The notes under the pieces were generated by a model. That model did no database searches and was not told where the DNA came from. It saw only the letters and a list, made by a program, of their open reading frames with translations. Positions 1-10,967 of a stretch of DNA of 51,282 bases are shown here, one piece after another (position 1 is the first letter of the stretch; each line of letters opens with the position of its first letter). This stretch comes from Reclinomonas americana ATCC 50394. Lineage: Eukaryota. The position numbers and the translations under genes are program-made. The stretch spans positions 123,965-175,246 of the forward strand of contig PS015098.1 of NCBI GenBank assembly GCA_048213135.1, read 5' to 3'.

Positions 1-100
1 CGCAACTTGAACGTGTCATACATGGTGGTGACGGGGATCGGAAGCTCCACAGCCGGAGTTGTAATCAGCTGCTCAAAGTATCGTCCATTGCGCCACACAC

Positions 101-138
<38 letters not shown>

Positions 139-446
139 AAGAAGNNNNNNNNNNNNNNNNNNNNCAAAGAGAGAGAGAGAGGAAAGAGACAAAGAGAAGA
201 GTGTGTGAGTCTCTCAGCTGATGCGTCTCTTGTGTGGTCGCCAATGTCTGACGCGCGTGGACATGACAACTGCACACTGCATCACTTGCTTTCTTGTCTC
301 TTGTCTATTGTCTTGTCTTGTCTTCCTCTCTTATCTTTATGTGTCTGTGTGTGTTGCTCACCATCGCCAATGTTGCGGCCTTGCTGATCGACCTCCGCAA
401 AGTGTGCGTACTCGGGGATGACTTGTGACGATTCTCCTGCTCCCAT
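1..446 (-). CDS. 5' end of a probable long-chain fatty acyl-CoA synthetase with an N-myristoylation-type start (runs off the window)
   Basis: Exons 446-362 and 100-1 are joined by a GTGAGC..CAG intron in phase 1. Product: MGAGESSQVIPEYAHFAEVDQQGRNIGDGVWRNGRYFEQLITTPAVELPIPVTTMYDTFKLR. The VWRN..L..P..T.YD.F stretch resembles the N-terminal region of eukaryotic ACSL/LACS enzymes. The catalytic motifs lie outside the window. Confidence 0.5.
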
Positions 447-699
447 TTGTGTTTTGTAGCTTGTTCTGCTCTTCTTTTAGTGTCTGTCTGTCTCTCTGCG
501 CGCGCTGAGAGTGTGCAAAGTTGTAAAACAATGCATTGATCCGAACAGGACAGCTGCGGGCAATTGTCCGCTCACGGTTTCTCGTGACCGCTGGAGCCTG
601 TATCGCGCAAGAAAGAAAATGAGACGATGCTGTGAGACGCAGAGCTGGTATGGCCTGTCGTTGAGCTGCGTTTCGACAGGAATTTCAATTTGCGACGTG

Positions 700-929
700 C
701 GAGGTCGTCGTGGCGGCTGCGTGCAACTAGAGTTCTGCGGACCCGAGGGAGCACAAGTGATTGCTGTAGCAGCTGGCAGTCGTGCAGGCTTGCAGCAATG
801 GCGGATGTCGGAGGTGGATCCGGAGTCGTGTTCGGATTCGAGGTCGTCGTGGCCGCGCGCTGCATGCAACCAGAGTCCGTGCGCAGTTCTGCGGACCCAA
901 GGGTGCACAAGCAGCTGGCAGTCTTGCAG
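700..929. repeat. Diverged ~90 bp direct repeat in the divergent intergenic region
   Basis: CGAGGTCGTCGTGGC..TGCAAC.AGAGT..AGTTCTGCGGACCC.AGGG.GCACAAG..AGCAGCTGGCAGTC.TGCAG occurs at about 700-789 and 839-929. Confidence 0.8.
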
Positions 930-1422
930 CGTTGGCACAATACAGTGGAACGCTGCGCATGCGTTTTCTCACGTGTTCGCGATCGGATTTGAGTTGCAGC
1001 TGCAGGCTCAGCAATGCGCGCCCTCACAATCCCTGAGGAGGGAGACGCAAGGCCCAATTCCGCGCTCATATCTGAGGAAGCAATTGGCCAGAGCACGCGC
1101 ACCGCCGTGCTCGAGTGTGCACAATATATCGAACTTCGCAGTCGTCGAACCATGGGCCCTCCCTGTCGTCGATGCAGCAGCACACAGCAGCGCTTCGTAT
1201 GAACAGATCTTGAGCAGCACATCGACGTACGCGTCATCTCGACGTTCAGTCTCTCCTCGTGCATTCTTCTCGCACCTCCGCAGCACCCTGCAGCAACCAC
1301 TCTACTCTATACTGCTCCACTATTCCGACAAGGAAAGAGAAGAGAAGACGCGAGAGGACACGACGACGTCTGCAGTCAAACTTTTTGTCATTGTGTGTGT
1401 TTTTCCGCGCGCGCGTGCACCA

Positions 1423-4400
1423 ATGGAAGGCTCTGTTACTGTTCTCGCCGACAATGGTCCTCTCATGCGATATGCGACACCAGAGGAGGCGACGATTGTG
1501 GAGTGGTGGGGTGAGTGTCTCACTTGAGAGAGAGAGAGAGAGTGGTGTGTGTGTGAGAGAGAGAGAGTACTGATTGAGGGAGCGCTGTGTGCAGTCAGTG
1601 TGAGAGTGAGGAGTATGTGTGTGCGTAGGGAATGAGAGAGAAGAGAGCACTGAGTGTAAGACATGAATGCCATTTAGTCAATCACTTTCTTTCTCTCTGC
1701 CTCCCTCCCTCTCCCTCTCTACCTCGTGCACTTGTTCTCTCATTGACTCAGTCCCTCGTTGCAGAGTCGCACTCATACACACTCTGCCTTGCACACTCCC
1801 TTCCTCTCTCTCTCTCTCTCAGACACACTCCCTCACTCATTCTCCTTCTCGCCCTCTCCCTCTCCAGTCATTCACTCACTCAGTCCCTCGTTGCACGACA
1901 GTTGCACTCATTCACACTCTGTCTTGCACACTCCCTTCCTCTCTCACTCTCTCTCACAGACACACTCCCTTACTCATTCTCCTTCTCGCCCTCTCCCTCT
2001 CCAGTCATTCGTTCACTCAGTCCCTCGTTGCAGAGTTTGCACTCAAACACTCATACACACTCATCCTTCCTCTCTCTCACAGACACACTCCCTTACTCAT
2101 TCTCCTTCTCACCCTCTCCCCCCCAGTGCTGCGCGGATTCAAGGTGTTCTGCTACCCTGCACGAACGGTGAGTCTGTACACTTCTCTCTCTATGTTCTTC
2201 CTCCCCTCCCTTCACTCACACCCACTCCCTTGCTGACAACAAGGCCCCCGTGTACACCGGTGTCATCTCCCTCCTCGAGTGCACCTCTGTGTGCCGCTCC
2301 TTCCCGCCCGACTTTATCATTTCGCGACCGGAGGAGAAGGGCGGGACGGTGGTGGTGCGTGCGGCCTCGGATGATGAGCGGGAGATGTGGGTGGCCACAC
2401 TGGAGAGTCTGCTGGCGGCGTCGCTGGAGCTGCGTGAGCGAAAGCAGCGGGAGGAGGAGTTGGAGCGCAAGGTGGCCAGGCATCAGGCGAAGATTGCGGA
2501 GGAGTTGCACAAGCAGCAGGTATGGGAGGAGAAGGGGGGAAAGGAGGCAAGGGAAGGGGAGGGAGAGATGTGCTCTCTCGCCACTCCTTGCCGCTCATTT
2601 TGCTCCTCTCCTCGTCCTCGTATCGCATAATCTTTCATCCCGTCTGTTGCCGTGACCAGCAGGGCAGGTGCTCGTGCTCCCCTCATTGCCACCTCGCTAC
2701 ATCGTCGCATCGCATAATCCTTTCACGCACTCGTTGCTCTGTTCTCCTGCTTCGCTCTTCATCAAGAGTTTTTCCGTGCGCTGTGTTGTGGGAATTCTAC
2801 TCATCTGTCACCACATGATCCATTCAACAGCTTGTTATTACTCTGTCGAGTGGCAAACTCGCTTCCGTCCTCTAATGCTCTTCTCGTGCGTTCTGTCATC
2901 CAGCGTCAATATTGCTTGTTGCTTGGTGTTCATTGCCTTCGCCTCCGTGCGCCACCCTGCACCCCTCATTCGCATGGTCTATTCTTCTGCAAGTTGTGCT
3001 GTCGAGCAAGAAGTGTGCCTCTGTGCTGTGGTCGTCAGTTGTCTTCTTGCTCCACATTTGCTCCCTTCTACGAGTTTTTCTGTGCCACCCTTACTCTTTT
3101 CTCCCCCTCCCTTCCCTCTCTCCCCCTGCCCCCTCTCCTTCCCCCTCTCCTTCCCCCTCTCGTTCCCCCTCTCGTTCCCCCTCCCCTTCTCCCTCTCCTT
3201 CCCCCTCTCCTCATCCCCCTCCTTCTCCCTCGCCTCCCCGTTTCCCCCGCAGACCGCCCTTGCCGAAAAGCGCCTCTCCGCCGCCTTTGACGTTGCCATT
3301 CGCGGCGAGTACATCTGGAAGGCCTGCGACCGGAAACCAAAAGAAGTCCGACGATACCTCCGTCTCTCGTCCGACAGAACCAAGCTGCAAGTTGCGCTCT
3401 CTGCTTCCCTCTTCCCTCCCCCATCGCTACTCACCTTTCGAGGCGTGACACAGTGGGGACCATCGCCGAGCAGCATGACGTCGCAGCTGCTGCTGTCCGA
3501 GTGCAAGGCGCTCTTTCGCGGTGTGCAGACGGAAAACATGCGCAACGTGTGCACGCACATTGACGACGACGGCACAAATTGCTTCTCGGTGCTGACGCCC
3601 AAGCGAACACTGGACATTGCGTGCGAGTGCGTGGGAGATGGAAGGCACAGTCGTCCTTGTTTCGCAAGTTTTTCTCANNNNNNNNNNNNNNNNNNNNNNN
3701 NNNNNNNNNNNNNNNNNNNNNNNNNNNNNNNNNNNNNNNNNNNNNNNNNNNNNNNNNNNNNNNNNNNNNNNNNNNNNNNNNNNNNNNNNNNNNNNNNNNN
3801 NNNNNNNNNNNNNNNNNNNNNNNNNNNNNNNNNNNNNNNNNNNNNNNNNNNNNNNNNNNNNNNNNNNNNNNNNNNNNNNNNNNNNNNNNNNNNNNNNNNN
3901 NNNNNNNNNNNNNNNNNNNNNNNNNNNNNNNNNNNNNNNNNNNNNNNNNNNNNNNNNNNNNNNNNNNNNNNNNNNNNNNNNNNNNNNNNNNNNNNNNNNN
4001 NNNNNNNNNNNNNNNNNNNNNNNNNNNNNNNNNNNNNNNNNNNNNNNNNNNNNNNNNNNNNNNNNNNNNNNNNNNNNNNNNNNNNNNNNNNNNNNNNNNN
4101 NNNNNNNNNNNNNNNNNNNNNNNNNNNNNNNNNNNNNNNNNNNNNNNNNNNNNNNNNNNNNNNNNNNNNNNNNNNNNNNNNNNNNNNNNNNNNNNNNNNN
4201 NNNNNNNNNNNNNNNNNNNNNNNNNNNNNNNNNNNNNNNNNNNNNNNNNNNNNNNNNNNNNNNNNNNNNNNNNNNNNNNNNNNNNNNNNNNNNNNNNNNN
4301 NNNNNNNNNNNNNNNNNNNNNNNNNNNNNNNNNNNNNNNNNNNNNNNNNNNNNNNNNNNNNNNNNNNNNNNNNNNNNNNNNNNNNNNNNNNNNNNNNNNN

Positions 4401-5710
4401 NNNNNNNNNNNNNNNNNNNNNNNNNNNNNNNNNNNNNNNNNNNNNNNNNNNNNNNNNNNNNNNNNNNNNNNNNNNNNNNNNNNNNNNNNNNNNNNNNNNN
4501 NNNNNNNNNNNNNNNNNNNNNNNNNNNNNNNNNNNNNNTCTCGGCTCTCCCCCCTCTCTCTCGCTCTCCCCCTCTCGCTCTCCCCTCTCGCTCTCCCCTC
4601 TCTCGCTCTCCCCCTCTCGCTCTCCTTCCCTCTCACTCTCCTTCCCTCTCACTCTCCCCCTGTCGCTCTCTTGCTCACCCCTCTCTCTCCCCATCTCGTC
4701 AGATGCGCTCGACCAGTCGCGATTCGAGGAGGCGAGCAATGCGCTGCATGAGTTGCGTGCGTGTCTCTGCCCATTTCCCCTCTTTTTTCAATGGTCCTGA
4801 CTCTCTGTGGACGGCAGCATGTGCACGGTCCTGTCGAACAACATTCCACTGTTGATCCTCGCCAACAAGATAGACCAGGAAGGCGCGCCGTCGGCGGCCA
4901 TTCTGTCTTCCGCTCTGCGTCTGGATCGCCTGCGCAAGCGACGTGAACACACACTGATTATGACCTCGGCGTTTTTGGCAGGTTGGTGATTGCTCTCCCT
5001 CGTTCCCGTCTCCCTCTTTCCCCTCTCCCGGTTTCTCTTCTCCCTCTTTCCCCTCTCCCTCTTTCCATTCTACACACAGAACAGTTGAGAACAAAGAAAC
5101 CTCACCCTTCTCCGCATTGCGCAGAAAACACATATGTGGCACTCGATTGGATGATTCAGCGCATCAAGATTCAACGACGCACTGTCATGCAAGCCGTCAA
5201 GGAGAGTGCCGTTCGCGGTCTTCACCAGCTGCAGGCCGGTTTCGACATTTCAAAGCCTGCGCCGGCGGTGAACGGAACGGCGACGGCCACCTCTGCCGCT
5301 GCTGCAGCCAGTGGCGCCGCCGACGGGGCTGCAAAGACCAGGAAGCGTGGAGCCACGCTCGCGCAGCGCATGATTGCTGTCGACCAGACCAAGACCGCAA
5401 ACAGTTGCGATGCAGTTTGGGAGGGGAGAGGTAGTCTGGCTCTTGATGTTTACTCTTTTTTTTTATGTCAGCCTCAACACGAGTGCCTGCGTCGGGTGGC
5501 ACGCCGAATCCACTGGCCGCATCCGCCAATGCCCCCGCGCGGGTTCCGGCGCCCGCCACGTCAGCGCTGCCACCACCGCCCTCCGCACCTGCATCGTCAC
5601 GCTGGCCAACCCACCAAGCCTCCGCCGCCACCGCCGCCTCGCCTGCACAGGCACCGGCGTCACCGACTCCGGCACCACCGAGCTCGGCAGTACGCTCGCC
5701 TGTGCGATGA
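1423..5710 (+). CDS. Multi-domain protein: PH domain, charged helix, second (PLC-type) PH domain, Arf/Arl-like small GTPase and Ala/Pro-rich tail
   Basis: Exons: 1423-1510, 2127-2167, 2244-2519 (PH C-terminal helix RAASDDEREMWVATL), 3253-3390, 3454-~3620 (RRYLRLSSDRTKLQW..FSVLTPKRTLDI), gap 3678-4538, 4703-4751 (DALDQSRFEEASNALH), 4818-4981 (IPLLILANKID G4; TSA G5), 5125-5403 (ALDWM C-terminal helix), 5472-5710 with stop. G1-G3 must lie in the gap. Confidence 0.8.
1745..2126 (+). repeat. Three tandem ~125-135 bp units in intron 1 of the PH-Arf gene
   Basis: CTCAGTCCCTCGTTGCA...CAGACACACTCCCT.ACTCATTCTCCTTCTC.CCCTCTCCC..CCAG is repeated three times. Confidence 0.85.
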
Positions 5711-5837
5711 TGTCGTGGAGAAGATTTTTGAGATATTCTTTCTTGTTTTACCCACACGGCTTGCCTGCTGGTGTGTCTTTTTTTTTTCTCTTTCTACGCT
5801 CGCTGCTACTACAACATCAAAAATGGAGACAAAATAA

Positions 5838-6809
5838 TCATCGCCCATTGTCGACCATCAGCGTTGATCCTGCGTGTGTGCGAGGTCAGCAAGGGGAGGG
5901 CGACAAGGAGAAGGAGGCGGAAAACAAGAAGGAGAAAGAAGGACGTACAAGAACAATAGCCACATCACATGAAGGGGGAGGAAGGTCACATCGATGCGTC
6001 ACGCAAATCACGCGACGCGAGAGAGGGAGGCAAAGAGGATGACAGTTGCGTGCGTGTGCGAGAGAGAGATGGAGGTTGCATGAAACGAATAAGAGCAAGA
6101 GGAAGAGAAAGAGGACAAGAAGAGGAAAGAGACGAGTCTTGGGATGAGAATAAAGGAGAGAAACGGGAGGTATAAAAAAGAGGAGGAGCAGATGAGAGAA
6201 AACCCCTCCCGGAACAAGGAGGAAGCGAGAAACGGGAGATCAGGGTGCGCAGTCGTCAGAGGAGAGAGGTAGTGAAAACGACAGAAACCGAGGAGGAGCC
6301 GCAGAACATCCAAAAACAAGAAGGAGAAAGAAGGACGTGTGTCAACAAACCTGGCACCGTCGGCGGTCTGGCCACCCGCATCAACAACGGCAGATGCCTC
6401 TCGCAAAACGCCTCCGTGCCCTCCCACACATGCGGAACGGCCAGCCATCGCCTTTCCCCTCCAGCAGTCGACGACGACGACGCCACAGAAGCTACTCTCC
6501 TCTGCTGCGCACGCTTTCCCTTGCCAGACTTGCCTCCACCCTGCTGCTGTTGCGGAGCTGCTGCTGCTGCTGCTACTGGCGACGACGACGAGGCAGAAGA
6601 AGAAGGCGGAGGTGGTGGAGAAGACGAGCTCTCCCTCGCTCCCTCCTGCGTCGACGACAACTCCTCGCCGCACGTCTGACACACCAAATGAATCGACTCC
6701 AGCGATGGCGATGCCCAGGCCCATCGTCGTGAGGTGGTCTCCAGGTGCTGGCTCAGCACTGAGGGAGTGATGGCGCGTGCGGGTGGCAGTGTTCGTGGTT
6801 CCACTGAGG

Positions 6810-6850
<41 letters not shown>

Positions 6851-7282
6851 GAGGAGGAGGAAGGAAGGGAAGGAGGAGGAGGAGGGAGGGAGGAAGGAAN
6901 NNNNNNNNNNNNNNNNNNNNNNNNNNNNNNNNNNNNNNNNNNNNNNNNNNNNNNNNNNNNNNNNNNNNNNNNNNNNNNNNNNNNNNNNNNNNNNNNNNNN
7001 NNNNNNNNNNNNTCTCTCTCTCCTTATCCTCCTCCTCCTCTCTCTCTCTTTCTCTCTCTCTCACTCACAAACTGAAACACCAACGTCGCGGCCATCGACA
7101 CGGCCACCACGAGCGCGGGAGCAGACAGAAGGCCAAGAGGAGCAACACACCCAGTGCTGCAGAGAGGGAGAGAAGCACAACAGTGGCGGAGATGCCGGCC
7201 AGGTCTCCTCCTGTTGTTTCCATTTGTCAAGTGAGAAGTGAGAGGGGACAGACCCATTGTCAACTTCGACTTCGTCATGCAT
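5838..7282 (-). CDS. Uncharacterised spliced protein with CxxC ... CxxH motif and a low-complexity insert; start uncertain
   Basis: Donor GTGAGT at 7068. Exon 6803-6351 encodes ..LVCQTCGEEL..RRWLAVPHVWEGTEAFCERHLP... Donor GTTTGT follows, then terminal exon 5869-5838. A gap at 6900-7012 may hide sequence, and the frame of exon 1 is ambiguous. Confidence 0.4.
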
Positions 7283-7657
7283 GCAGCTGCTGCTGTCTTT
7301 CTTATCGTTCTTAACTCGTGAAACGCTGTTCGCCTTTGTAATATACATCAAATTCGCGCGCGCGCCTTGCTGTGACAACCCTGTGGGCTTATAACGTTAA
7401 CCGTCGGCAAGGGATTTGTGGACATTTGTCGCATTTGGAATGCGGTGTATGAAGTGTTTTGTTTGTTTAGTGCCCTTCGCCCTTGACTCCAGATCTTGCA
7501 ATTGACACTTGTACACGTGACGTCGACTGTTGACCCTTATAATTAGCTTAGCAGAGCAACTATCGGAAGTCAAGCTCGGTCAAACCGAAGACGCATGCAC
7601 AAGAATCATTGTACAATATCGATGGTGGTGCAGATACAAAGGTCAAAGAGTCAAGGA

Positions 7658-7927
7658 TTATGGTGCACGTGGCTCTTGCTTGACATCGTCCTTGTTTTGC
7701 AGAGTACCTGCCGCGCTACCGTGAGGACTCAGTGGCGTTGTGTTGGTAGCTCCGCCCACGCGCATGGCGTCTGTGGCTGCAGCAGTAGGAGAAACATGTG
7801 TCAGAGCCGATCGTGACGACGAGGCAACGGCAATCGTATTTCGCAACTCAATCTGGTGATGTTTCTTGGCCGCCTTGCGGCGGCCGCAGTTGTCGCGACG
7901 AAAACGACCTCCGATGATTGCAACGGA

Positions 7928-7961
<34 letters not shown>

Positions 7962-10770
7962 GTGGTGGTGGTGGTGGTGATGATGGGGACAACCGAAGAG
8001 GCTGAGCGGTGGCAGAGGCAATGGAATCCGCAGCGAGCGCAGCAGGTTGATCCTGTGAATAGGAGAGTGTCAGAAAATTGAAGCAGCTTACAGCACAGCA
8101 GTCACAAAGCACCTTTTCGCTTGATACGCCCAAGCCATCGTTCGAGCGCCGCCGTTTCTTCGGTGGGCCGTCATCGCCACCGACAAGACCATCTCGTTGG
8201 TCCACTGTCCGCTTGTCGCCAGTATGCGGTTCCCCATTACTCATTTCCGCAGCCGCAGTATCGACGGGGGGAGCAGCCGCCGACTCTGCCGTTGGCGCGT
8301 GGCTGGTTGCGCGCCGACGCTTGACAGCAGCTTCTGACGGCGGCCGTTCTTCACCTGGGGGAGTTGTCATGGACGCCGCTGACTCTGCCGTTGGCGCGTG
8401 GCTGGTTGCGCGCCGACGCTTGACAGCACCTTCTGACGGCGGCCGTTCTTCACCTGGGGGAGTTGTCATGGAAGCCGCTGACTCTGCCGTTGGCGCGTGG
8501 CTGGTTGCGCGCCGACTCTTGACAGCAGCTTCTGACGGCGGCCGTTCTTCACCTGGGGGAGTCGTCATGGTTGTGGAGACAGAGTGCGGTCTCTTGCGAC
8601 CCCTCTCATCCGCAGACGGCGCCGCGGCTGGACGCTTTCCAGTTGCCTGCAAGGTGCAGCGAGCGATAAGTAGCGAATGGTGCAACGCGAAGCACATGCA
8701 CACGTACCGAGCGTCGCGGTCGAGGAGATGCCGCAGCACTTATTTCTACATCTCGCACTGGCAGTGAGATATTAACGTTAGAGACAACGCACGCGTTGTG
8801 TACAGTTGTATACTTACCAGTTGGGGAGACGGAGTGCGAGGCAGCGAGGAAGCGAGAATCGGCTGAGCAGCTGCTATGGCAGCAGTTGGCGCCGACTTCT
8901 GCCGTGACAAACACAGCGAACACATATCAGCGACACGCGAAAACCATCAGTGGTGACAACACATTTGTGCGCACGAACCGTACGACGGGATGAGCTGACA
9001 CGAATGTCTGCAGCATATCGAAACCATCAACACACTTCTTGGCATGACTCATAACGAAAAGCAACACCCACCCAGTTCACCGCTTTGTGGAGTCGAGTTG
9101 CTGGCTTGTTCGACGCTGCTTGCAGTTCTCCTTGTGCGTGGGGAGGCGAGTGGCGGCACCACAGCGACTGAATCCGATAGAGGTGGCGATGCCTGTGGTG
9201 GAGAAGTAAGGAACAAATGCTGCACAGACAGAATCTCCAGCATGACGCACCTCCTGGCGCCGCTGCCTAGGCCTGTACCGAGTACCGTTCTCCTGCACAG
9301 CAGCCACTCCTCCAGCCGGCGGCGGCGGGGGCGGCGAAATCGACGGCAATGACGATGGTGGAGGAGGCTGTGACGCGCATATTCAATGAGATTTCAGTAC
9401 GACCAAGCCACACAACGATAACGTTGTCGGTGTACACTTACGGTTGGTAGTCTTCGCATCTCTCTTGTCGCCCTGTCAGTTACCGGTGGTGCAGGATCGA
9501 TGGCTGATCTGCTGGAAACAACGATACGTTATAAAGAAATCGTGCAAGGCGGGCCCGGGGGTGGCCACCGTAACTTGGTTCCGCGACGACTGCTTGACGG
9601 TGGGGAATCACTCTCAGACTGCTTCGCTGCCGGCGGTGATGACGGGGCGGCGGCAGTTGCAGTCTTGGAAGACAGTTTCGCGGCAGCCGGCGATTGTGGA
9701 GCGGCAGCAGTTGGGCGAGTTGCTGCTGCGGGAACCCCCTTGGTCACATGCGGAGATGTCTGAGCGTCTACCGCGGGGCGAGTTCGTGCATTTGAAGGCT
9801 GTCGGAGTGCCACTCTTGCCGCGAGTGCTGGCGGCGGTGGTGGTGGTGGCGATGGCTGTCGTCTTGGGGGTGCTGGCGGCGGGCGTCGTCCTGGATCCGG
9901 AGGCGGAGGTGGTGGTGGTGGTGGTGGCGGCGGTGGCTACGGGGAGCAGGACCAGGCGACTTCAGTACCGGCGATCATTCAATTGCAAGCAGACTCATGT
10001 CAGCTTGTACTCACCAAAGTCGGCGGAGCTGGATGAGGCTGCGCAGTGATTGCACCACCGGCTGTGTCGACGTCTCGCCTGAGTAGCCAGACAACCAGCA
10101 CCACTGCTTGCACCACATACTGCACAGTGAACAGGATTGCAGCAAGGAACACAGAGTACGGCGCGGTGTTGGTGACAAGCAGGTTTCCAAAGACCGAGGC
10201 ACCGGCAGACAACATCAGTATCAACGCAGGGCGTTGCACGAGCCTTTGCACGTTTCCAGCCAACAATCGCAAACGAAGCCGTTGCAGCACCGGCAACAAG
10301 CACAAGAGGCGGACTCCAACCACGTTCATGACAAGCAGCACAAGCGCGCCTGCAACTACCGCCCATCCATCGGCGATGACCTCATATGCATGCAGTCCTC
10401 GCACTATCGCAGTCAACAGTATCCAAACGATGTATCCGCACAGCACTGAGTACGCGATCAGTTTGTCAACAGCATCCAGCTGCCACAACCACGCGCGTGT
10501 GCGACGTGCAACAGCATGCAGCACATCTCTCAGTAAGTAAAACAAGAATGTCACCCCCACCGCGATGGCGAGGAGCAGGTAATAAGGGAGCAATGCGACA
10601 TGTTTCTGCAACATCCAACCCACGAAAAAAACACGGGAGAGAGAGAGAAAGAGAGTCAGGAAAAATGCATGATCTGGTCGGTTATTGTGACATGTGCACG
10701 CAAGCAAGCTCACCGCCAGTGTGATGCAGACTCTTAACGTCCTCCTCACGATCGACTTGGTTGCCTCCAT
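7658..10770 (-). CDS. Tandem paralog A: N-terminal multi-pass membrane domain plus long Pro/Ser/Ala-rich disordered region with NLS-like motifs and C-terminal VKQEP
   Basis: About 12 exons from MEATKSIVRRTLRVCITLA through WQLDAVDKLIAYSVL and hydrophobic segments, then KRPAA..RKRP and PPKKRRR, to ..NKDDVKQEPRAP*. Exon structure is largely shared with paralog B. One apparent 1-nt homopolymer deletion at about 8823-8826. Confidence 0.7.
8276..8570 (-). repeat. Three exonic tandem copies of a 99-bp (33-aa) unit
   Basis: The anchor GACTCTGCCG occurs at 8282, 8381 and 8480. The unit encodes MTTPPGEERPPSEAAVK(R/S)RRATSHAPTAESAAS. Paralog B has a single copy. Confidence 0.95.
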
Positions 10771-10967
10771 GCTTTGCGCGAAGGGCGATGTCTCCTGCAC
10801 GCCGTGCGTTGTGTGTTCGGTTTGCATGACAGGACATGTCGACGGCCTTCCGCCCCGTGCTGTGTTCCTATCAACAACGACTCCCCAGAAGATGCCGTAC
10901 TGCCTTGCTTGCTGCTGTTCTTTCTAGCCCGTCAGCTGTTGTTTTCAAATTCACTCATGCCGATCAT

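Noticed and set aside
2668-4855. Long ORFs spanning N runs or SSRs (also 31230-32060, 40193-41335, 42116-42734 and the Leu/Phe-rich ORFs at 21388-22320)
   Set aside because: Artefacts of translating gaps and pyrimidine-rich introns.
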